A stretch of DNA of 58,456 nt from NCBI GenBank assembly GCA_041176605.1, contig JBEDCS010000009.1, forward strand, positions 1 to 58,456, read 5' to 3'. The translations under genes were made by a program, and so were the position numbers. A model generated the notes under the pieces. It worked only from the letters and a program-made list of their open reading frames with translations, was not told where the DNA came from and ran no database searches. Positions 18,038 to 26,040 of the stretch are shown here, one piece after another; the stretch's first letter is position 1; every line of letters starts with the position of its first letter. Source of the DNA: Bacteroidota bacterium (GTDB taxonomy: Bacteria; Bacteroidota; Bacteroidia; Flavobacteriales_D; Crocinitomicaceae).

Positions 18038-18636
18038 AAAACGAGCACTTATCAGAAAAAGCCAAACAAGATCTTCATCTGGTGACGGCGGCCAGAAGCG
18101 GCAGCCAAAGTGCCTATGCCGAACTCATGGATCGCTACCGCGACTCTATTTATTTCATGATGCTTAAAATGGTTAAGAACCAAGACGATGCCGATGACCT
18201 CACAATAGAGGCTTTTGGTAAAGCTTTTGCACGTCTTGATCAATATTCTCCGAGCTTTGCCTTCAGCACATGGCTCTTTAAAATTGCCTCCAATAACTGC
18301 ATCGACTTTATCCGGAAAAAACGCATCGAAGTGACTTCCATAGATAGAGGAATCACGACCAATGATGGCGAGCGCATGCGCATAGATGCTAAATCTCAAA
18401 CGCTCAATCCGGAAGAAAGCATTATACATGGCCAAAGATTGGTACACATGCGCTTATTAGTGAGCAAGCTCAAGCCTAAATACCGAGAGCTCGTAGAGAA
18501 GCGTTACTTCGAAGAAAAAAGCTACGAAGAGATCGCCGAAGAAATGGACCTCCCATTAGGCACCGTTAAAGCGCAACTCTTTAGGGCCCGAGATTTCTTG
18601 GCAGCCATGATGGAAAAAACAAAAGACAGCATTTAA
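18031..18636 (+). CDS. ECF-type RNA polymerase sigma-70 family factor
   Basis: Sigma-2 (DLTIEAFGKAF...WLFKIASNNCIDFIRKK) and sigma-4 (SYEEIAEEMDLPLGTVKAQLFRAR) regions. Overlaps the GT2 gene stop by 7 nt. Confidence 0.85.
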   Translation: MVENEHLSEKAKQDLHLVTAARSGSQSAYAELMDRYRDSIYFMMLKMVKNQDDADDLTIEAFGKAFARLDQYSPSFAFSTWLFKIASNNCIDFIRKKRIEVTSIDRGITTNDGERMRIDAKSQTLNPEESIIHGQRLVHMRLLVSKLKPKYRELVEKRYFEEKSYEEIAEEMDLPLGTVKAQLFRARDFLAAMMEKTKDSI

Positions 18637-19262
18637 TGGAGCTAATAGAGCGCTATTTTCCTGAACTCAGCTCAGCGCAAAAAGCACAATTTGCACAACT
18701 TCCTGCACTCTATGAGCACTGGAATGCTCAGATCAATGTGATTTCAAGAAAAGACACCGCTCATTTTATGGAACGGCATGTTTTACACTCATTAGCAATC
18801 GCAAAAGTCCAACAGTTTCTTCCTGGAAGTTCAGTTCTCGATATCGGTACCGGTGGAGGCTTTCCCGGCATACCGTTGGCCATTCTCTTTCCTGAGGTCG
18901 AATTTCACTTGGTAGATTCCATCGGAAAGAAAATCAAAGTGGTACAAGAAGTTGCTGCTAGCCTTGGCCTCAAGAATGTGCGCGCAAGTCATTTAAGAGC
19001 AGAGCAAATCAAGGAGCGTTATGACTTTATTGTCAGTAGAGCCGTGACGCAAATGCCCGTTTTTCTGACTTGGGTAAAGGGCAAAAGCAAGCCCAAAAAC
19101 CTGCACGAACACAAAAATGGGATTCTTTATTTGAAAGGTGGGGATCTTAGCGAAGAACTAGCTGGCTTGAAATACCCAATCAAACGCTACCCTATTGCTG
19201 ACTTTTACCAAGAAGAATTCTTTGAAACCAAACAAGTGGTATACGTGCAATTGGTTCCTTAA
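18636..19262 (+). CDS. rsmG: 16S rRNA (guanine527-N7)-methyltransferase
   Basis: SAM motif DIGTGGGFPGIPLAI. Start overlaps the sigma gene stop by 1 nt. Confidence 0.9.
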   Translation: MELIERYFPELSSAQKAQFAQLPALYEHWNAQINVISRKDTAHFMERHVLHSLAIAKVQQFLPGSSVLDIGTGGGFPGIPLAILFPEVEFHLVDSIGKKIKVVQEVAASLGLKNVRASHLRAEQIKERYDFIVSRAVTQMPVFLTWVKGKSKPKNLHEHKNGILYLKGGDLSEELAGLKYPIKRYPIADFYQEEFFETKQVVYVQLVP

Positions 19263-19285
19263 TAAAGCAAAGCAATTACAATGAA

Positions 19286-19771
19286 CTACTTCTGATAAAG
19301 AAGTGCAACTGCATAAGCTTTGATCGCGCGTTTTTCGCCAAAAGAATCTACTTTTTCATGTGTCGTGGCTTTAATGCTCACATCATGCGACTCAAGTTCT
19401 AGTAACTTTGCGATAATTGCCTGCATCTGAGGAATATGAGGATTCAATTTTGGTGTTTCTAATATGATAGTGGCATCTAAATTTATGATTCCGTACCCTT
19501 TTTCTTTAATTAAAAGATAAACCCTCTCAAGAAGTATTTTAGAATCTATGCCCTTGTATTGTGGGTCTTGGTCTGAAAAATGAAAACCGATGTCTCGGAG
19601 TGCCAAGGCGCCAAGAAGCGCATCGCATATGGCATGTAGTAAGACGTCGGCATCAGAATGGCCTACCGCACCAAATGGTGCATCAAGTAGAGTGCCACCT
19701 ATCCAAAGCGGGTATCCTTCAGCTAACTGATGGACATCAACACCATAACCAATTCTTATATTGGGCTTCAT
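19286..19771 (-). CDS. ispF: 2-C-methyl-D-erythritol 2,4-cyclodiphosphate synthase
   Basis: GHSDADVLLHAICDALLGA motif. 161 aa. Confidence 0.92.
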   Translation of the reverse strand: MKPNIRIGYGVDVHQLAEGYPLWIGGTLLDAPFGAVGHSDADVLLHAICDALLGALALRDIGFHFSDQDPQYKGIDSKILLERVYLLIKEKGYGIINLDATIILETPKLNPHIPQMQAIIAKLLELESHDVSIKATTHEKVDSFGEKRAIKAYAVALLYQK

Positions 19772-19774
19772 GGT

Positions 19775-21037
19775 TTAGTTTCCTCCGAGATTCAGGCGCA
19801 AGGTAAAACGCAGCGTGTTGGCAAGTGGGCTCTGACGACCGTTTAATGATGCTAGGTACGAAAAATCAATAGCAAACATATTGTATTTTAAGGAAGCACC
19901 TAAATTCAAGAACTGACGATTTCCTTTGCTTCTGTTTTCATAGAAAACACCGCCTCTGAGTGCAAGTACATCGCTGTACCACCATTCTACACCACCGGCA
20001 ATATTGATTTCGGCTAATTCTTCTTTGAGACGCGTACCTTTAACTACTTCATAACTGCCATCGGCCAATTGAATGTAGTCGCCGTTTTCGTCTTTGGCCA
20101 ATACACCAGGAGCATCATAAAATGACTGCAAAATAGACTTCACTACCCCTACATCGCCGCTCATGCCAGCAAGCATAACATATTCACCATTCTGTACTTG
20201 ATAAAATGCAGGCGTTGGCACAAGCAATCTTTGCAAATCAAGAGAAAACGTTACTTTGTTGTATTCATCAAATTCTGCTAAGAAACTATTGCCAATTTTA
20301 AGGTTCATTGGGATGAAATCTCTTCTGGATAACTCCGAATATGCTACTTTGTTTCCAATATTGTTAATTGTTAAGCCAAACGTGTAGACACCATCTGTTT
20401 TTCCGAGCTTGGCGTCGTCGTTGTAATAACTAAACGAAAGATCTGAAGCACCCACAACACCTGGCTTAGTATTGACTCCAGCAACAGTTAAGCCTCCTGT
20501 TAGGTTTGAATAGGCAAATTTTCCATTGACACCAATACTAAACTTTTCTGCCAACTTAAAAGCATATGCACCTGTAAGTTCGAACTCTGAAGGTTTGTCT
20601 TCGCGCAGCACATCGCCATTGATGTCTGTAAATGTAATTTCACCAAGACTGAAGTAACGCAACGCACCTCCGATGGTGTGCACCTTATTAATTTGCTTGT
20701 ATCCTGCCAAATAAGACAAATGGATATCGTTGGTAAGTTGGCGCAACCACGGCGTATAGGATAAACTGGCTTCGGATTTTTGCTTGGCAAAACTTAAAAT
20801 GGATGTATTCCAATAAATCGAGGTAGAGCTGGCACTCAATGCTGTGCCGGCATCGCCCATTCCGCCGGCTCTGGAGTCGGGGGTGATGGCCATAAATGGC
20901 AATGAGGTAGTGATGGTGTTGAGCTGCAGGTCGTTGTCGCTAACTCCTGAACCACCTGTTGGTTGTGCCCATGCATTAGCCGTGACTAAAAACAAACCGC
21001 AAAATACTTTAAATGACTGGGAAAAGATTCTTTTCAT
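19775..21037 (-). CDS. porV: T9SS outer-membrane shuttle/channel protein PorV (LptO)
   Basis: Signal peptide plus a ~400-aa beta-barrel. Lies immediately downstream of porU, as in the conserved porU-porV pair. Confidence 0.8.
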   Translation of the reverse strand: MKRIFSQSFKVFCGLFLVTANAWAQPTGGSGVSDNDLQLNTITTSLPFMAITPDSRAGGMGDAGTALSASSTSIYWNTSILSFAKQKSEASLSYTPWLRQLTNDIHLSYLAGYKQINKVHTIGGALRYFSLGEITFTDINGDVLREDKPSEFELTGAYAFKLAEKFSIGVNGKFAYSNLTGGLTVAGVNTKPGVVGASDLSFSYYNDDAKLGKTDGVYTFGLTINNIGNKVAYSELSRRDFIPMNLKIGNSFLAEFDEYNKVTFSLDLQRLLVPTPAFYQVQNGEYVMLAGMSGDVGVVKSILQSFYDAPGVLAKDENGDYIQLADGSYEVVKGTRLKEELAEINIAGGVEWWYSDVLALRGGVFYENRSKGNRQFLNLGASLKYNMFAIDFSYLASLNGRQSPLANTLRFTLRLNLGGN

Positions 21038-21061
21038 ACGAAGGGTAAAGATAGGGAATTT

Positions 21062-24000
21062 CTATTTTAACAATACAAGTTTTTCAGTTTGCTCAGCAAA
21101 GGCACCATCAGGTGTTTGTATACTTAGTCGGTATAAATACGTGCCACGGGCCAATTCATCTCCAAAATCGTCTCGGCCATCCCAAAAAATACCCGACACT
21201 CTAAAACCAGCTGTTGGCACTTCTTGCTGTATCGTTTTTACCAAACGACCAGCAACAGTAAATATTTGAACTTGTACAGCCAGACTCGAACAAGACTGAT
21301 TGTGTTCAAACATGAATTCAGTGCGTGTCGTAAACGGATTTGGGTAATTGAGCACGTGATCCAAACTTGGCGTTTCTTTCTGCTGCACAACAAATTCAAT
21401 TTGTGCCAAATTAGAGTTGTTATTGACATCCCATACCTTTAGATCTAGGGTGTGCTTACCAGGTGCAAGGTCTTTAAACTGATAACGCACTTCACCAGAT
21501 TGATACGAATTCAAATTTGCCGTGTAAAAATCATTGAGTACATAGGGCTGAGCCGTTTGTCCGTCAAGTATCGCAACGATATCATGCCCAATGCCGTTCC
21601 CAACTGTATTGACTCCATTTTCATCTTGAATTTTTGCCAAAAGCACTGGGTTTTCGTCGGTAACTGATCCGTTGACAAAACCAACTTCATTCATAAACAG
21701 CGTAATTTCAGGCCCCAGATTGTCTTGCACTCCATTAGGGTCAATTCCGCCAACATAGAAAGTAGTATCAAAACCTTGGGCGTCAAACACGCCATTATGG
21801 CCGTAATAACTGATTTTCCCAAAATCTATATTGAGTGCAATGTCTTTGGGCACAACAAACTCAAAATCAAAGTAGCCGTTCACAATGCTCGATTGGCCTC
21901 TGTAGATTTTATTGGTTTGCTGTTCAAATTGAATTTGCGGTGACTCCTCATCTTGTGCCAAAGTATTTTGAAGTTTAGGTTTGTCAAAAATCGTTGGCGT
22001 TAAGGTTCCGTTCCAAGAAGTCAGGATATTTCCGTTATAATCCTCAATGTGTCCTTTCACCCTCGCTTTGGACAATGCTCTGAGTGTATCCATTTGTAGC
22101 GCCGGGCTCTGACCATTTATACTGTCTGTCACAATTTTATAACGCGGTAAGGCAAGGCGCAAGGCTGGATCCCCGATCAATGTAAAACTGCGCTTGTTTG
22201 AGTTGCTCGCAACTGCTGCATTTTTTGTACGGCGAGACAACTCACCAAATTCGTAGGCTTGTCCATCAGGATAGCGGTTGAAAATTCTTTTCATCAATTC
22301 AATACCAACCACTGTATTGATACCTATATAAACAGAACGGGTTGTTGTTAGCATGGCAATCGCCCCTCCTGCTGGATTCAAAAACACCAATTCACCAGCC
22401 GAAACGCGTTCGGGGTCGTCAAAACGCGTAAACTCACAAGTTGCTGAAACAAACAAATGTAAGGCTTGAATATTATTCCAAGCATCGACTTGATCAATTG
22501 TTACGATGCGTTCATCGGCCAAGCCAACTTCACCGCCGTGACCAATGTAATTTGCCACCAAAACGCCACGTTGAATATTGGCATCTATGGCATCCATCAT
22601 GGCTGGGAAGCGCTCTCCACCGGCAGTCACCACCTTAGGAAACGCATCCATGTAAAGTTTATTAAAGTTCATTTCCGGACTTGCTCCATGACCTATTCCA
22701 TATTGAGGCTCCGCATCGTATTTGATAAATCCACTATTTTCTCGATTGTCTGCCATTAATAAATATTGCAAACGCCAATCTCCGAAGGTTTTATCCGTTT
22801 GCGTTCCCATGCAACACGAATTGCCGACAGGATAAAAATCCGAACCATTTTTCATGTAATGTTCAATTTTATCTACCATTTGTTTGGCTTGCAAATTTGA
22901 ACTCACAATCAAGCGTCCTACTCCAATATCCATGATATCCGCAGCACCAATGGCTTCGTTATCGTCTAACATTCCAAAAAAATCATCGACAACCATTGCT
23001 TCTATCATATTTTCACTCAATGGAAATTGATAAGTAACAATATAATTATTATTGTTTGGCAGTCTGTTAAGAGGGTCATAAGTTCCATCCCCAAAAAGCA
23101 ATAAATACTTGGGTTTGGTGTCAGGATCTGTAGCTAACGCTCGGTCGTAAAACATTTTTGTAAAACGACGAATTGCGCCCGGGTCTTGCATGCCTGAACT
23201 AAACTCGTTGTAAATAGCTTGTGGCGTAATCACATGAACGGTAAGCCCATTCGATCTATGGAGCTCAGCCAAACGATTGGCTTGCGCAAGAAAATCGGGA
23301 TGCGCCACCATGAGGTAATCTGCCTGTGCCAAGCCATGTAAGTCCTGAAAAGATACCGAGCCAACAAGTTCAGGTGTAAAATAAGATGCGCCGGTGGCCG
23401 TTACAAATTCTTTGTACCCAACATTTGTTTTAAAGCTTAATGTCCCTGCAGCAAATTGTTTAGGCATTAAGACTGGCTGCTGCTTGTCAGAAATATCCCA
23501 CACAAATGCATTTTGATTGACCCCACTTATTTCATAAGCAGCAACCCCAGCCGTCAACGACCAATTGCTTGCTCTGAAATTCATTTGATTACCCGCCATA
23601 ACCAGATTTCTTTTGGCGTGTAATAAGATGCGGTCTAGGTTAGTAACCACATTAGGATTCAAGCGGTTAATTTCTATTGTTAAATTCAAAGTTGAGCTCG
23701 GGGTAGAATCATTACAGAGTAAAATCCCTCTTTGAAAATAAGAACTCGAAAATGGCATTGACATTTGACCAATGACGGTAGAACCTTTTTTCAATTTGAT
23801 TATATTTCCACCTACTCTTGAATTCGATGCATAACTTACCTGAAACTTGACGGGCTCATTGACAATATTTGGAATGCTAAAATTGAAGGTCTGAGACAAA
23901 TTCACATCAAATTCTTCGCCATACCAGCGCTGCCCACCTTTGACTAAATTCACTAAATCATTTTCGTACACATCTCGGTACGTGTAGGTTGTGATAGTTG

Positions 24001-24889
24001 TATCTGCAGGGGTATCAATAACAAGTGCCTGGCTAATTCTCAATGGAGTAATATCGGCGCCGACATAAATAAAGTAGTAAGATGCCTCAGAATAAGAATG
24101 TCGGACTTGATTGAATAAACCGCCTGCAACCGGATCCCAACGGTGCGGGCCCCAACCGTAAAATAAAACATAATCATTATCATTAAACTGCCCATCAGCT
24201 TCTCCTATAATTTGAATGGCATTTTGCGCCAAATCATCCGTAAACGGTGTTGAATTAAGTTCTGCTATAACACCTTCGCCATTGCCAAATACATGAATAT
24301 GTTGTGGATTTAATTGTGCTGTATTTATCCCGCAAGATGTTAAGAATGCCTTATCTAATTTATAGATTCCGTCTCGCGAAACAGCAATTTTATACCACTT
24401 GCCAGCGGTGGTGCCCAAAACTGAATTGGCCGCGTAATCTTTTGTACTTAAATTGGTTTGATTGGTAACTAATACGTCAAATGAAAGCAAGCGTTCTAAT
24501 TCACCATTTTCAGATTTTACCCCAAAACCATATACAGATAGCAAGGGTTTACCAGCGTTACTAACAATCTTCGCATCTATTTCAAAATCAGCGCTAAATT
24601 GAACCCCGAGTTTTTCAAATTTTTGACGTTCAGATAGCGGAACTTTTTCGGTTTTTACATTCAGTATTTCCACTGAACCATTACTACTTTTAAAATCTTG
24701 TTGAACCGCAAAGAACGGCTTGTTTAAATCGAGATCAAAACCTTTAATTGTTTGCAAACTCATCTGAAATACACCATTGCGAGCAACGGCACTATCTGTC
24801 CATTCTAAGACGATTTTTTGGGTTTGAGCATTCGATACGAATGACCAAGAAAAATAGAGAAATAAAATAAAGAGTTTAAAATAATTCAT
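21062..24889 (-). CDS. porU: T9SS C-terminal signal peptidase PorU (peptidase C25 family)
   Basis: 1275 aa. Gingipain-like His/Cys regions (YIGHGGEVG, VSATCEFTRFDD). C-terminal beta-sandwich tail ...GTYLYRLSIQT.... Confidence 0.85.
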   Translation of the reverse strand: MNYFKLFILFLYFSWSFVSNAQTQKIVLEWTDSAVARNGVFQMSLQTIKGFDLDLNKPFFAVQQDFKSSNGSVEILNVKTEKVPLSERQKFEKLGVQFSADFEIDAKIVSNAGKPLLSVYGFGVKSENGELERLLSFDVLVTNQTNLSTKDYAANSVLGTTAGKWYKIAVSRDGIYKLDKAFLTSCGINTAQLNPQHIHVFGNGEGVIAELNSTPFTDDLAQNAIQIIGEADGQFNDNDYVLFYGWGPHRWDPVAGGLFNQVRHSYSEASYYFIYVGADITPLRISQALVIDTPADTTITTYTYRDVYENDLVNLVKGGQRWYGEEFDVNLSQTFNFSIPNIVNEPVKFQVSYASNSRVGGNIIKLKKGSTVIGQMSMPFSSSYFQRGILLCNDSTPSSTLNLTIEINRLNPNVVTNLDRILLHAKRNLVMAGNQMNFRASNWSLTAGVAAYEISGVNQNAFVWDISDKQQPVLMPKQFAAGTLSFKTNVGYKEFVTATGASYFTPELVGSVSFQDLHGLAQADYLMVAHPDFLAQANRLAELHRSNGLTVHVITPQAIYNEFSSGMQDPGAIRRFTKMFYDRALATDPDTKPKYLLLFGDGTYDPLNRLPNNNNYIVTYQFPLSENMIEAMVVDDFFGMLDDNEAIGAADIMDIGVGRLIVSSNLQAKQMVDKIEHYMKNGSDFYPVGNSCCMGTQTDKTFGDWRLQYLLMADNRENSGFIKYDAEPQYGIGHGASPEMNFNKLYMDAFPKVVTAGGERFPAMMDAIDANIQRGVLVANYIGHGGEVGLADERIVTIDQVDAWNNIQALHLFVSATCEFTRFDDPERVSAGELVFLNPAGGAIAMLTTTRSVYIGINTVVGIELMKRIFNRYPDGQAYEFGELSRRTKNAAVASNSNKRSFTLIGDPALRLALPRYKIVTDSINGQSPALQMDTLRALSKARVKGHIEDYNGNILTSWNGTLTPTIFDKPKLQNTLAQDEESPQIQFEQQTNKIYRGQSSIVNGYFDFEFVVPKDIALNIDFGKISYYGHNGVFDAQGFDTTFYVGGIDPNGVQDNLGPEITLFMNEVGFVNGSVTDENPVLLAKIQDENGVNTVGNGIGHDIVAILDGQTAQPYVLNDFYTANLNSYQSGEVRYQFKDLAPGKHTLDLKVWDVNNNSNLAQIEFVVQQKETPSLDHVLNYPNPFTTRTEFMFEHNQSCSSLAVQVQIFTVAGRLVKTIQQEVPTAGFRVSGIFWDGRDDFGDELARGTYLYRLSIQTPDGAFAEQTEKLVLLK

Positions 24890-25013
24890 GAAACTTAGAG
24901 TTTTAAGCGCTAGAAAAACGTCAATATATTTATTTTATTTGAATAAATATTCGATATTTGTAACCTTTGAAACCTAAATCTCGTTTAGATTGTTCGTGCT
25001 AAAACCAACTTTC

Positions 25014-25994
25014 GTGAAAATAGTTAAACCTATTCTTGCCCTACAGTTCTGCTTCATTACCCTGGTAATGAGTAACATAACTTTAGCTCAAGACCCCACA
25101 TTTACTCAGTTCTACGCCAATCCTACCTATCTCAATCCTGCATTGGCTGGTTCTTCAGGTTGCCCAAGAGTATCCCTCAATTATCGCAATGAATGGCCGC
25201 AACTAACCGGCAATTACGTCACTTATGCGGCTGCCTATGACACTTACGCCAAAAATATCTCTGGTGGTTTTGGTCTTTTAGCCATGCACGACGTTCAAGG
25301 ACAAGGTACCATTCAAACTTCTATGATTGGTGGTATTTACTCCTACAACCTCAAAGTAAACCGCAAATTCTCTTTGATGTTTGGTGCAAGAGCAGCCTAT
25401 TTTCAAAAATACCTCGACTGGGACAAACTCACTTTCGGAGACATGATTGACCCGCGTCGTGGTTTTATATACCAAACAGGCGATGTTCCTCGTGGAAATG
25501 GCCGTCGTGGTTTTTTTGATGTCAGTGCAGGTTTTGTTGGTTTTACCAAAAATTTCTACTTCGGTGGTGCCGTTCATCACCTCAATCGCCCAGACGAATC
25601 CATGATCCTCGGTGAATCTAAGCTTCCTATGCGCTTTACTGGCCACGCAGGAGCCAATATCAAGATTGGACAACGCGGACGCTACTCTAGCTCTACTTAT
25701 ATTTCGCCTAACATCATTTATCAATATCAAAATGGTTTCCAAGAGCTCAATATCGGTGCCTATTTGAAATACGAAAACTTTACACTAGGTGCTTGGTACA
25801 GAAACCGCGATGCATTTGTCATGACCGTCGGAATCAACACAGACAAATTTAAAATTGGCTACAGCTATGACTTAACTGTTTCACAGCTTGGCAATGGCAC
25901 CTCAGGTGGTTCTCATGAAGTTTCCATGGGTATCAACTTAAAATGTAAAAAGAAACCAAAGAACTTTAGAAAAACGTCTTGTCCGTCTTTCTAA
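25014..25994 (+). CDS. PorP/SprF-family T9SS membrane protein
   Basis: Family signature AQDPTFTQFYANPTYLNPALAGS after a signal peptide. Beta-barrel-like remainder. No ATG is available, so the start is uncertain (GTG 25014 or TTG 24990). Confidence 0.8.
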   Translation: MKIVKPILALQFCFITLVMSNITLAQDPTFTQFYANPTYLNPALAGSSGCPRVSLNYRNEWPQLTGNYVTYAAAYDTYAKNISGGFGLLAMHDVQGQGTIQTSMIGGIYSYNLKVNRKFSLMFGARAAYFQKYLDWDKLTFGDMIDPRRGFIYQTGDVPRGNGRRGFFDVSAGFVGFTKNFYFGGAVHHLNRPDESMILGESKLPMRFTGHAGANIKIGQRGRYSSSTYISPNIIYQYQNGFQELNIGAYLKYENFTLGAWYRNRDAFVMTVGINTDKFKIGYSYDLTVSQLGNGTSGGSHEVSMGINLKCKKKPKNFRKTSCPSF

Positions 25995-26040
25995 ATGTAA
26001 CCAAACTAATATTTGAACTTAAAGTTATAAATTCAAAGAT

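Noticed and set aside
24926-24950. 9-bp inverted repeat ATATTTATT-n7-AATAAATAT in the porU / PorP-like divergent spacer.
   Set aside because: It is pure A/T sequence in an AT-rich spacer with low information content, so it could easily arise by chance. I also found no exact TAnnTTTG box there.
25278-25742. 154-aa ORF antisense to the PorP/SprF-family gene, and a 144-aa ORF (1189-1623) antisense to the T9SS cargo gene.
   Set aside because: Both are embedded antisense in CDSs that have clear family signatures. Their composition is atypical and they have no independent signals.
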